The notes under the pieces are model-generated. The model saw only the letters and a program-made list of their open reading frames with translations. It made no database searches and was not told where the DNA came from. Source: an uncultured Acidimicrobiaceae bacterium (GTDB taxonomy: Bacteria; Actinomycetota; Acidimicrobiia; Spongiisociales; UBA5794). From it: DNA of 64,000 nt. The position numbers and the translations under genes were made by a program. Of this stretch, positions 55,478-63,229 are shown one piece after another. Where the stretch lies: assembly GCA_947259365.1 (NCBI GenBank), contig CAMYMC010000026.1, forward strand, positions 75,162-139,161, in the 5' to 3' direction. Positions within the stretch are counted from its first letter, which is position 1. Every line of letters starts with the position of its first letter.

Positions 55478-57022
55478 CTAGCCGGCCGCCATGAGCTGGA
55501 GCTTCAACTCGAGCGCCGAGCCCTGGAGCCCGTTCTGGTCGGCCAGCACCTCTCCGACGAAGTCGGGGGTGTACTGGACGAAGGCGCCGTTGTGCGTGCT
55601 CCCGCCGTTCGGGGTCGGCACGGACTCCTTGATCGAGAGTGTCTCGAAGTCCCAGATCACCGTCTCGAAGCTTGCATTGCACGAGATCCACATCTCGTTC
55701 ATCGCGGGGTCCGGATGGACGATGGCGTGGTCGCCGCGCACGCAATCGGTGTAGAACGAGCCCTTCGACCCGGGAGCCCAGGCCCTGGGCGGCATCGTCA
55801 TGATGTTGGGGTCGATGAGCCCCATCGTGTTGCCGCGATTGTGGGCGCCCTCGCCCTTTCCGATCGCCCAGAGCTGGGTCTCGTCCCAGTTGAGCGTCAG
55901 GCCGTAGGGTCCGAGGGTTCCGGCGCTCGTCGAGCCGACGATGTCCCACGCTCGCGGGTTCTCTTCGGAGATGTCGATCTTGACGACCGTGCTCTCGTGG
56001 CCACCGCTCACGTACGCCGTGTTGCCGTCGGCGCTGTACGCCACGTAGATCGGTGAGCTGTCGTGCGTCTCGATCGAGGCCACCGATCGCCAGGACTCGG
56101 TGTCCACCACGGCGACGCCGCCTTCGCTCCGGAAGGGAGTCCGCACACTGATCATCAGGTATTTGCCGCTCGGATGAGCGAAGCCCAGGTAGCCGTTGCC
56201 CTTGAGCCCGTCGGGCCCGATACCGCCGACGACCTTGTTGTCGTCGTTCGGATCGAGCACATAGAACGTCGAGTCGCTGAAGTTCTCAACGAGCGTGAGG
56301 GGACGGCCGCTGGCGTCGACGAAGCTCTTGATGTGGTGCGGGTTCCCCAGGGTGGAGAGCACCTTGTCGAGCTTGAACGTCTTCGCGTTGATGATGAGCA
56401 GACGCCCACCACCGAGCGGTGACCCCCATGCCGCCGCGGTGCCCGTCGGCACGTAGATCCACTCCCCGCCGGGAGAGACGCCGAGACCGTGCGGCTCAAA
56501 GACCTCCTCCTGCTGGATGTCGTAGTGGACGGCCGCCACCGTCTCGCGCGTGTTGGCGTCGATCATCATGAACCCGGGCATCGTGACGTTGCCCGACAGG
56601 AGCCCGCTGTAGCCGGGCCCTTCCGATGCCACGTACACGAGCGGGTGAGCCGCCGGATCCCACGCAGCGTCGCCGTCGGAGTCGAACGACGCCAGCAGCG
56701 AGATCCCGAACTTCCTGGAGAAGTCGGTGTCCCAGGACGGGTCGACCGATGCCGTCGGCGCCCCGGATGTCAGCGCCTCGTCCTTGAGGGCCTCGAAGTC
56801 GCGAACGTCGACGGCCTGGACGATCACGTTCGGCACCTCGGCCGGCTCGGGAGCCGCCGCGGCCGCCGTCGTCGCCGGCGCCTGGGTCCCCGTGTTGACG
56901 ACCTCGGTGCCCGAGATCCCTCCCGAGTCGTCCGAGCTGTCGCAGGAGGCGGCGATCAACGCCATCACGCCGAGCAAGACCGCGAAAGAACGAAGCCTCC
57001 TGCTCCTTGGTGTTGTTCTCAT
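55478..57022 (-). CDS. Tat-signal lipoprotein, YVTN-type beta-propeller repeat protein, His-rich (candidate copper beta-propeller enzyme)
   Basis: About 514 aa from the ATG at 57022 (GGAAGGAG RBS). MRTTPRSRRLRSFAVLLGVMALIAAS|C Tat/lipobox. Recurring YV-type blade motifs (YVASEG, IYVPTG, FYVLDP, YVAYSADGNTAYVSGG). About one His per blade, including PHHIK. Confidence 0.55.
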   Translation of the reverse strand: MRTTPRSRRLRSFAVLLGVMALIAASCDSSDDSGGISGTEVVNTGTQAPATTAAAAAPEPAEVPNVIVQAVDVRDFEALKDEALTSGAPTASVDPSWDTDFSRKFGISLLASFDSDGDAAWDPAAHPLVYVASEGPGYSGLLSGNVTMPGFMMIDANTRETVAAVHYDIQQEEVFEPHGLGVSPGGEWIYVPTGTAAAWGSPLGGGRLLIINAKTFKLDKVLSTLGNPHHIKSFVDASGRPLTLVENFSDSTFYVLDPNDDNKVVGGIGPDGLKGNGYLGFAHPSGKYLMISVRTPFRSEGGVAVVDTESWRSVASIETHDSSPIYVAYSADGNTAYVSGGHESTVVKIDISEENPRAWDIVGSTSAGTLGPYGLTLNWDETQLWAIGKGEGAHNRGNTMGLIDPNIMTMPPRAWAPGSKGSFYTDCVRGDHAIVHPDPAMNEMWISCNASFETVIWDFETLSIKESVPTPNGGSTHNGAFVQYTPDFVGEVLADQNGLQGSALELKLQLMAAG

Positions 57023-57217
57023 ATGGCTCCTTCCAAAGAGAATGGCGAGGGCATCGCCCTCGCCATTCCGTCGGTGTTGAGGAGACTGGATGCTTCCCAA
57101 TCCACCTCCCGTACTCTCCGGCTGCGATCAGTCGGCTCACAATGCCGCCGCCTCTCCGGGCGTCCGACGCCGGGCGACCGCAGCACAGCCCCGTCGTCCA
57201 AGAGTCCTCCCACGTCT

Positions 57218-57233
57218 TGTGAAGATTTTCACA
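57218..57233. promoter_or_regulatory. perfect CRP/FNR-family site TGTGA-N6-TCACA (TGTGAagatttTCACA) in an AT-rich patch
   Basis: Read directly. About 200 bp upstream of the beta-propeller operon start. An additional TCTTGTGAAGG repeat follows 3 bp downstream. Confidence 0.55.
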
Positions 57234-57556
57234 AATCTTGTGAAGGACGGTACGAGTGAGACGACCGGTCAACTAGGGCCGAACGGCCCTGGGGGCAGAG
57301 AAGACTGTCGGGCTTCTTACAGTCCTTGACCGTCTGTGCGACGACGTACCGGACGGTGACTGGCCCGGGTCTCCGATCAGCTGTCCTGTGATCCCGACCT
57401 CGCCCTCCGCCCGATTCGACACCACGCCCTACGCCCGAGTGATCCTCGATGCACGGCTCCGGACGATGCGAGCAGCCCGACGAGCCGGGTCCCGTGTGGC
57501 AGACCCGGCGAGGCCGTCCTCCCCGCGACGGGAGCCAGTCCCCAGCGCCGGACCCT

Positions 57557-58444
57557 TCAGGCGAGGTTGCGAGGCGCAAACGACATCGACTTCGGGAAGT
57601 CGGTGGCGCCCAACCGGACCACCCGAGCGCGTCCGAACTTGAACGGCTGCCGCGGATTGATCGGCGTGCTGGCCGCGTCAGCCGTCACGACGGCATTCGC
57701 CGGCGAGCGCGGGTAGTGGAAGTTCACGAACACCGTCCCCGGTTGGACCTGATCGGTCACATACGCCACCGCAGTGATCGCACCCGAAGACGTCCCCTGA
57801 TCGGCGGTGCGCACGCGGTCGGACTCGATGCCCATGAGATCGCCGCTGGCCTGCATCCTCGCGGCGTCGTCGGGATGGATCTCGACGATGTTCGTCGGCC
57901 AGCGGGCGATGATCTCCGGCTTGCGCTTGTCGTCGAAGAGACTCTGCCAGACCTCGTTGAGCCTCCGGCTGAGCACCCAGAACTCATCCGAGTTGGGCCC
58001 GAGCAGCTCGTTCCTGGCTGCGATGGCGGCGTAGTCGGTGAACACGAAGTTCGACTTGCCGTTGGTCGTCTTGAAGCCGAGATCGGCGTGCATCCGCACG
58101 GTGCCCACCAACTCGTCGCCCTCCACCGCGATCGGTGTCTGGATTCCGCTCGTGCCCATGCTGCGCAGCACCTCGTGGGCGCGTTCTCCATCTGCCAGTG
58201 CCTTCTCCACGAGTTTGCTGTAGTCCTTCCGGCCCGAGGCGCGGGGCCCCGACTCCTCAAGAAGCGCATTCGAGTCGGCCCACGCGAAGCCGTCGAACCC
58301 CATTCGCTGCGCCACTTGTGACACGGCCCACCAATCGGGCCTGGACTCACCCGGCGGGTCCATGATCCTGCCGTACGACCGGAGCCGGCGCTCGGCGTTG
58401 TTGCGGGTGAAGTCCTCCTCGCCCCACGTCGCCGCCGGCAGCAC
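57557..58444 (-). pseudogene. truncated C-terminal fragment (domains III-IV) of a molybdopterin (Mo-bisPGD) oxidoreductase of assimilatory nitrate reductase / formate dehydrogenase type
   Basis: 295-aa ORF beginning with the internal motif TWGEEDFTRNNAERRLRSYGRIMDPPGESRPDWW, with a C-terminal molybdopterin-dinucleotide-binding domain. Only 183 nt separate it from the next gene, so the roughly 400-aa N-terminal Fe-S/Mo domain is absent. Confidence 0.55.
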
Positions 58445-58627
58445 GAATCGGCGAACTCGGGCCCGTCGCCACTCCCCACGCCAGGAATTCTCGCCTGCTC
58501 ATCGGCATCGGTGCCCACCTCCATCGCCGTCTCGCCAGGCTACGTCGAAGACCCAGCTCGAGATCGGGTGGAGGTGAGTACGAACGGGGCACCGGTCAAC
58601 TCGGGACTCGACCTGGACCCGTCGGGA

Positions 58628-59824
58628 TCAGCCGCCGCCGAGCGCCTGCTCGAGATCGGCAACGAGGTCACCGGCGGCCTCGATCCCGACCGAGAGCCGG
58701 AGCAGGTTCGGCGCCACGCCCCTCTCGATGGCGTATCGGTGCTCGATGAGGCTCTCCACCCCGCCCAGCGACGTCGCCGGCACGAAGACCCGGGTTCGCG
58801 TCGCGACGCGTCGCGCCGACGCCTCTCCGCCGGCGACGAGGATCGACAGCATGCCCCCGAACCCGCCGGTCATCTGCCGGGCGGCGACCTCGTGGCCAGG
58901 ATGCGACTCCAGACCCGGGTAGAGCACCGCCTCGACGGCCGCGTGGCGCTCGAGGTGCCGGGCGACGGCGAGCGCCGTCTCCGACGCCCGCTCGTACCTC
59001 AGATGCAGGGTGCGCATGCCCCGCAGCAGCAGCCACGCCTCGAACGGGCCGAGCACGCCTCCCGTGAGATGTCGCACCGCCGTCGCCTCGTCCCAGCGCG
59101 TGCCGGGCGTCGCGGTGACGAGGATCCCGGCCCCGACGTCGGAGTGACCGTTGTAGTACTTCGTCGCGGAGTGGAACACGAGATCGGCGCCGAGTTGGAG
59201 CGGACGGGTCGTGACCGGAGGCGCCACCGTCGAGTCGACGGCGAGGACGGCCCCGGCCTCGTGCGCCGCCCGGGCGGCCGCGGCGATGTCGACGACGTCC
59301 CACGTCGGGTTGACGGGCGTCTCGATCCACACGAGATCCGTCTCGCCCTCCCGCACCGCAGATCTCACACCGTCGGGATCCGTCGGGTCGAAGAGGGTGA
59401 GCCCGACGCCGCGGGTCTCCGCGAGGCGGCGGAGCAACGCCAGCGTCCCGTGATACATGACCTCCGGCGCCACGATGCCCCGGCCGGCGGGCACCGTCTC
59501 GAACAGCGCGGCCGCGGCGGCGAGACCCGAGCCGAAGGCGAGTGCGGCCGCGCCGCCGTCGAGGCGACGGGCCACGCCCTCGACGAGCGCGACATTCGGG
59601 CTCGAGTCCCTGATGTAGAGGTAGTCACCGACCGGCTCGTAGTCCGAGTCCCTGGCGAAGGTCGTCGACGGGTGGATCGGCGGTACGACGGCGCCGGTCT
59701 CGCGGTCGGTGAAGCCTCCGGCGTGGGCGAGCTCGGTCTCGATGGAGCGGTCGGTCTGGTCCTTCACGGCCGGAGAGTGTAGAGAGGTGCCGGCGGCCTG
59801 CCCCGGCGGAGCCGCTGCGGTCAA
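58628..59824 (-). CDS. Cys/Met-metabolism PLP-dependent enzyme (cystathionine gamma-lyase/synthase/beta-lyase family)
   Basis: 398 aa. PLP-lysine motif FHSATKYYNGHSD. ATG overlaps the yqeC stop (ATGA). Confidence 0.8.
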   Translation of the reverse strand: MTAAAPPGQAAGTSLHSPAVKDQTDRSIETELAHAGGFTDRETGAVVPPIHPSTTFARDSDYEPVGDYLYIRDSSPNVALVEGVARRLDGGAAALAFGSGLAAAAALFETVPAGRGIVAPEVMYHGTLALLRRLAETRGVGLTLFDPTDPDGVRSAVREGETDLVWIETPVNPTWDVVDIAAAARAAHEAGAVLAVDSTVAPPVTTRPLQLGADLVFHSATKYYNGHSDVGAGILVTATPGTRWDEATAVRHLTGGVLGPFEAWLLLRGMRTLHLRYERASETALAVARHLERHAAVEAVLYPGLESHPGHEVAARQMTGGFGGMLSILVAGGEASARRVATRTRVFVPATSLGGVESLIEHRYAIERGVAPNLLRLSVGIEAAGDLVADLEQALGGG

Positions 59825-60585
59825 GGTGCCGCAGGCTCGCCGTGATGGGGCACGGTGAGGACGCGTTCGATCCGGTCGTGACCGGCGAGCAGCTCCGAGA
59901 TCCGGGCCGCGGCATCGCCCGTGTCGCCAGGGCCCACCTTGGTGAGCGCCACGACGGCGCGAGCTCGCGTCGAGATGCCCTTGAGACCCCCGTCGGGATG
60001 ACCGAGCACGGTGGCGCAGTCGACCGGCCGGACCCGATCGGTGACGGCGGCCCCGACGAGCGCCGCATAGCGGTCGGGCCGGAGCGCGGCGTCCTCGATG
60101 GTCCGACCGACCGCATCGATGCCCATGACGATCACCACGATCGTCGAGTATCGGGGGATGACCGGCTCATAGTCGGCCGGTGCCTTTGTCGGCCTCCGCC
60201 TCGCCCCGTCGGCCTCGACGATCACATACTCGGCGCCCGAGTCCCGATAGACGGCGTCGACGAGGTCCGGAGCCGGCCCGATGACGCGGTGACGGTCCTT
60301 GCGGGCGACGGCCATCACCGGTCCGGCCCCGTCGAGCGCGGCGGCGACATCGCCGACGGCCGCCGGGCCGCCGAGCCAGCACACCCGCGGCACCTCCTCG
60401 AGCTGGTTCGACCCGAGCTTCGTCGTCGTCGTCAGCACCACCTTCTTCCCGGCGGTGGCGAGGACGCGGCCGGCGCCGAGGAGCAGGGTCGACTTGCCGC
60501 CGCCGCCGACGAGCGAGATGAGCTCGTGCTCGCCGAGCTCGAGCCGGTCGAGGAATCCGGTGATCACGCCGTCGAGTTCAGCCAC
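59821..60585 (-). CDS. yqeC: selenium-dependent molybdenum hydroxylase system accessory protein YqeC
   Basis: 254 aa. N-terminal P-loop LVGGGGKSTLL and family-typical length, next to yqeB and xdhC. Confidence 0.65.
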   Translation of the reverse strand: MAELDGVITGFLDRLELGEHELISLVGGGGKSTLLLGAGRVLATAGKKVVLTTTTKLGSNQLEEVPRVCWLGGPAAVGDVAAALDGAGPVMAVARKDRHRVIGPAPDLVDAVYRDSGAEYVIVEADGARRRPTKAPADYEPVIPRYSTIVVIVMGIDAVGRTIEDAALRPDRYAALVGAAVTDRVRPVDCATVLGHPDGGLKGISTRARAVVALTKVGPGDTGDAAARISELLAGHDRIERVLTVPHHGEPAAP

Positions 60586-61370
60586 GCGAGCACCGCCTCG
60601 AGCACGCCTCCACCGACCGCTAGCGACTTGTCGGACACGCTGAAACAGGACCGGCGGTCCCCCCTGGGGTCGATGTCGCCCAGCTTGAGCCCGGCGACGG
60701 CATCGTGACCTGCGGCGATGAGGCCGCGGACGACGCCGCCGGTCCCGGCGACGACGGGATCCGTCCCGACCCGGCCGAGCAGATCACCCTCGGCGACGGT
60801 GTCCCCGATGGCGACGACCCATTCGACCCGCCCTCCGGCCGGCGCCCGCACCACCCGGTGGGCCGCCTCACCACCGACGTGACCCGGGATGCCGGTATCG
60901 GCAGCCGCCGCACCCGACCAGATCACCCGGCCGAGGTCGTGACCTCGTTTCGTCTCCACGACGGCGTGGCAGTCGACCCCTGCCGTGAATCCGGGACCGA
61001 GCCCGACGACGAACGGCGCGTCGTCGATCGACGTGTCGATGTTCCGCTTGGCGAGCCGGGCATCGACGACGACCGACACGGGCGACGGGAACGCCGGCAG
61101 GGCCGGCGCCACGAGCACCGGCACCGCGGCGCGGCCGGCGGCCACCTCCGACGCCTCGGCTGCGGTCGCCACGAGGCGCGCTCCGACGCCATCGACCTCG
61201 ACGGCCCCGTCGAGCACCGCCGACGACAGCGCCGCCGCCCGGCGGACGGTCAGCGGGCGAGCGAGCTCGACCACGACGACGGGGAACCCGGCGCGCCGCA
61301 TCCGGACCACGACCCCGGTGCCGAGATCACCCCCGCCACGGACGACGACGAGGTGCGTGGCGAACAACAT
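60564..61370 (-). CDS. yqeB: selenium-dependent molybdenum hydroxylase system protein YqeB
   Basis: 268 aa. YqeB-family architecture (N-terminal Rossmann-like VVVRGGGDLGTGVV). Co-operonic with xdhC and yqeC. Confidence 0.6.
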   Translation of the reverse strand: MLFATHLVVVRGGGDLGTGVVVRMRRAGFPVVVVELARPLTVRRAAALSSAVLDGAVEVDGVGARLVATAAEASEVAAGRAAVPVLVAPALPAFPSPVSVVVDARLAKRNIDTSIDDAPFVVGLGPGFTAGVDCHAVVETKRGHDLGRVIWSGAAAADTGIPGHVGGEAAHRVVRAPAGGRVEWVVAIGDTVAEGDLLGRVGTDPVVAGTGGVVRGLIAAGHDAVAGLKLGDIDPRGDRRSCFSVSDKSLAVGGGVLEAVLAWLNSTA

Positions 61371-61377
61371 CGGGGTC

Positions 61378-62181
61378 TCAGCCTGCTGCGTCGGTCGCCG
61401 CCAGGCGATTCACCCTGATGATCTCGGACAGGATCGAGACAGCGATCTCTTCGAGCGTCTCGGCGTGGAGCTCGATGCCGATCGGGGCGTGGACCCGCTC
61501 GAGCGCGTGGTCGTCGAGCCCGCCGTCGACGAGGAGCTTGCGGGCCGTCCTCCACCGCGTCGTGCTCCCCATGACACCCACGTACCGCGCCGGGGTTGCC
61601 AGCGCCGGCCGAAGCGCCTCGACGTCGATGTCGACGTTGCGGGTCACGAGCACGATCGACGCGTCTTCGGATGGCGGGTGCTGAGTGAGGGCGTCGCCGA
61701 GGGTGCCGGCCACGCGGATGTCGGCGCCGGGGACGGCCTCCTCGCTCACGTTCTCGGGCCGGTCGTCGATCGCGATCGTCCGGTAGCCGAGCCAGTGGGC
61801 GAGGTCGACGACGGTCCGGCCGACGTGGCCGCACCCGACGACGTAGATGGTGTGTGCCGGCATGTAGGGCTCCAGATAGATCTGCACTTCTCCTCCGCAG
61901 ACCCCCGGGTCTCCCCGCTCCGGGTCCACGAGCTGATAGTCCAGCAGACGGGGACGTCCCGTCTCGAGCACTTCTCCCGCCTCGTCGAGGACGCGGCGCT
62001 CCATCGCGCCCCCACCGATCGTGCCGAGCTGGCGATCCCCGGCGAAGACGAGCATCTTCGTCCCCGCCCGGCGGGGTGCGGACCGCTTCGTGGCGACGAC
62101 GGTCGCCAACACCACCGGGGTCCGCTCGGCGATGGCCCCGCTCAGCGCTTCGAGGACGCGCCGGTCCTCGGCAGCGGTCAT
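61378..62181 (-). CDS. xdhC: XdhC/CoxI-family molybdenum-cofactor insertion/sulfuration accessory protein
   Basis: 267 aa from the ATG at 62181. XdhC N- and C-terminal Rossmann-like domains (IYVVGCGHVGRTVVDLAHWLGY). Confidence 0.75.
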   Translation of the reverse strand: MTAAEDRRVLEALSGAIAERTPVVLATVVATKRSAPRRAGTKMLVFAGDRQLGTIGGGAMERRVLDEAGEVLETGRPRLLDYQLVDPERGDPGVCGGEVQIYLEPYMPAHTIYVVGCGHVGRTVVDLAHWLGYRTIAIDDRPENVSEEAVPGADIRVAGTLGDALTQHPPSEDASIVLVTRNVDIDVEALRPALATPARYVGVMGSTTRWRTARKLLVDGGLDDHALERVHAPIGIELHAETLEEIAVSILSEIIRVNRLAATDAAG

Positions 62182-62369
62182 CCAGGACCGTCCCGGCACG
62201 GTTTCGGGCGCGGCGGGGATGCCTCTGTGCCCGGCGCCCGTTTGTTCCTCGTGTCGTGCATCGTGATGACCCTGCCGCATCGCGGCGCGCCTCATCCTCG
62301 CACACGGCCGCCACGACATCGGCGACGGGACCGGCCCGCCGACCGGGCGCGTGGCTAGCGTCGACCGTC

Positions 62370-63221
62370 ATGAGAAGGTTGCTGCGTTCGGCATGCGCCA
62401 TCGGGTTGGCGGCGTCGGCGTGCGGGCCTGCGTCGCCGGTGGACACGGCGCCGACCGCGTCCGGGACGGTGCCGCCCACCGGAGGCGAGCGCGCCACCGT
62501 CGTCGACGTCGTCGACGGCGATTCGCTCGTCGTCGACCTCGACGGGCGCCGGGAAGAGGTCAGGCTGGTCGGGATCAATGCTCCCGAGCGGGACGAGTGT
62601 CGCGCCGGCGAGGCGCTGGCCGCGCTCGAGGGTCTCGTCGGGAACGCCGACATCGATCTCGTGACGGCGCCCCCCCAAGACCGCGACCGGTTCGGGCGGC
62701 TCCTCCGCTACGTCGTCGCCCCCGGTGCCATACCGGTGAATCTCCTCCTCGTCACCGACGGCAACGCCCTCGCCCTCCACGATGATCACCCTGAGCGCGC
62801 CGCCTTCGCCACGGCCGACGAAGGGGCCTATGAGGGCGGTAACGGCATGTGGGCGCGAGACGCATGCGGGTCACCCGGCCCCCCGACGATCGCGATCGCC
62901 GACCTCGTCTACGACGCACCGGGACCCGACGCCGAGAACCCGTCGGGCGAGTCGGTCACGATCGGCAACAGCGGCGATGTGCCGGTCGATCTCTCCGGGT
63001 GGATGCTGCGGGACGCCAGCTCCGTGCACCGGTTCCGGTTTCCCGACGGGCTCGTCGTCGGCCCGGGGTCGGCGGTGCGGGTCGTCTCGGGGTGCGAGGC
63101 CGCGAATGCGGGAGACCTCACATGGTGCGCGGACGGCGCGGTGTGGTCGAACGCCGGAGACACCGCCATCCTCCAGACGCCCGAGGGATCGGTCGTCGAC
63201 CGGCTGCGCTACGGCGGCTGA
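62370..63221 (+). CDS. secreted thermonuclease (SNase-like) lipoprotein with a C-terminal lamin-tail domain (LTD)
   Basis: 283 aa from the ATG at 62370. Lipobox AAS|C. SNase motifs (VVDGDSLVV, RLVGINAPE, FGRLLRYV). LTD-like C-terminus (ESVTIGNSGDVPVDLSGWMLRD). Confidence 0.7.
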   Translation: MRRLLRSACAIGLAASACGPASPVDTAPTASGTVPPTGGERATVVDVVDGDSLVVDLDGRREEVRLVGINAPERDECRAGEALAALEGLVGNADIDLVTAPPQDRDRFGRLLRYVVAPGAIPVNLLLVTDGNALALHDDHPERAAFATADEGAYEGGNGMWARDACGSPGPPTIAIADLVYDAPGPDAENPSGESVTIGNSGDVPVDLSGWMLRDASSVHRFRFPDGLVVGPGSAVRVVSGCEAANAGDLTWCADGAVWSNAGDTAILQTPEGSVVDRLRYGG

Positions 63222-63229
63222 GACCGGGC

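Noticed and set aside
55478-57022. Calling the beta-propeller lipoprotein nitrous-oxide reductase NosZ
   Set aside because: It has no C-terminal cupredoxin CuA domain (no H-x34-C-x-E-x-C-x3-H-x2-M). The His spacing does not match CuZ ligands. No nosDFYL genes are present. It is kept only as a generic candidate copper propeller.
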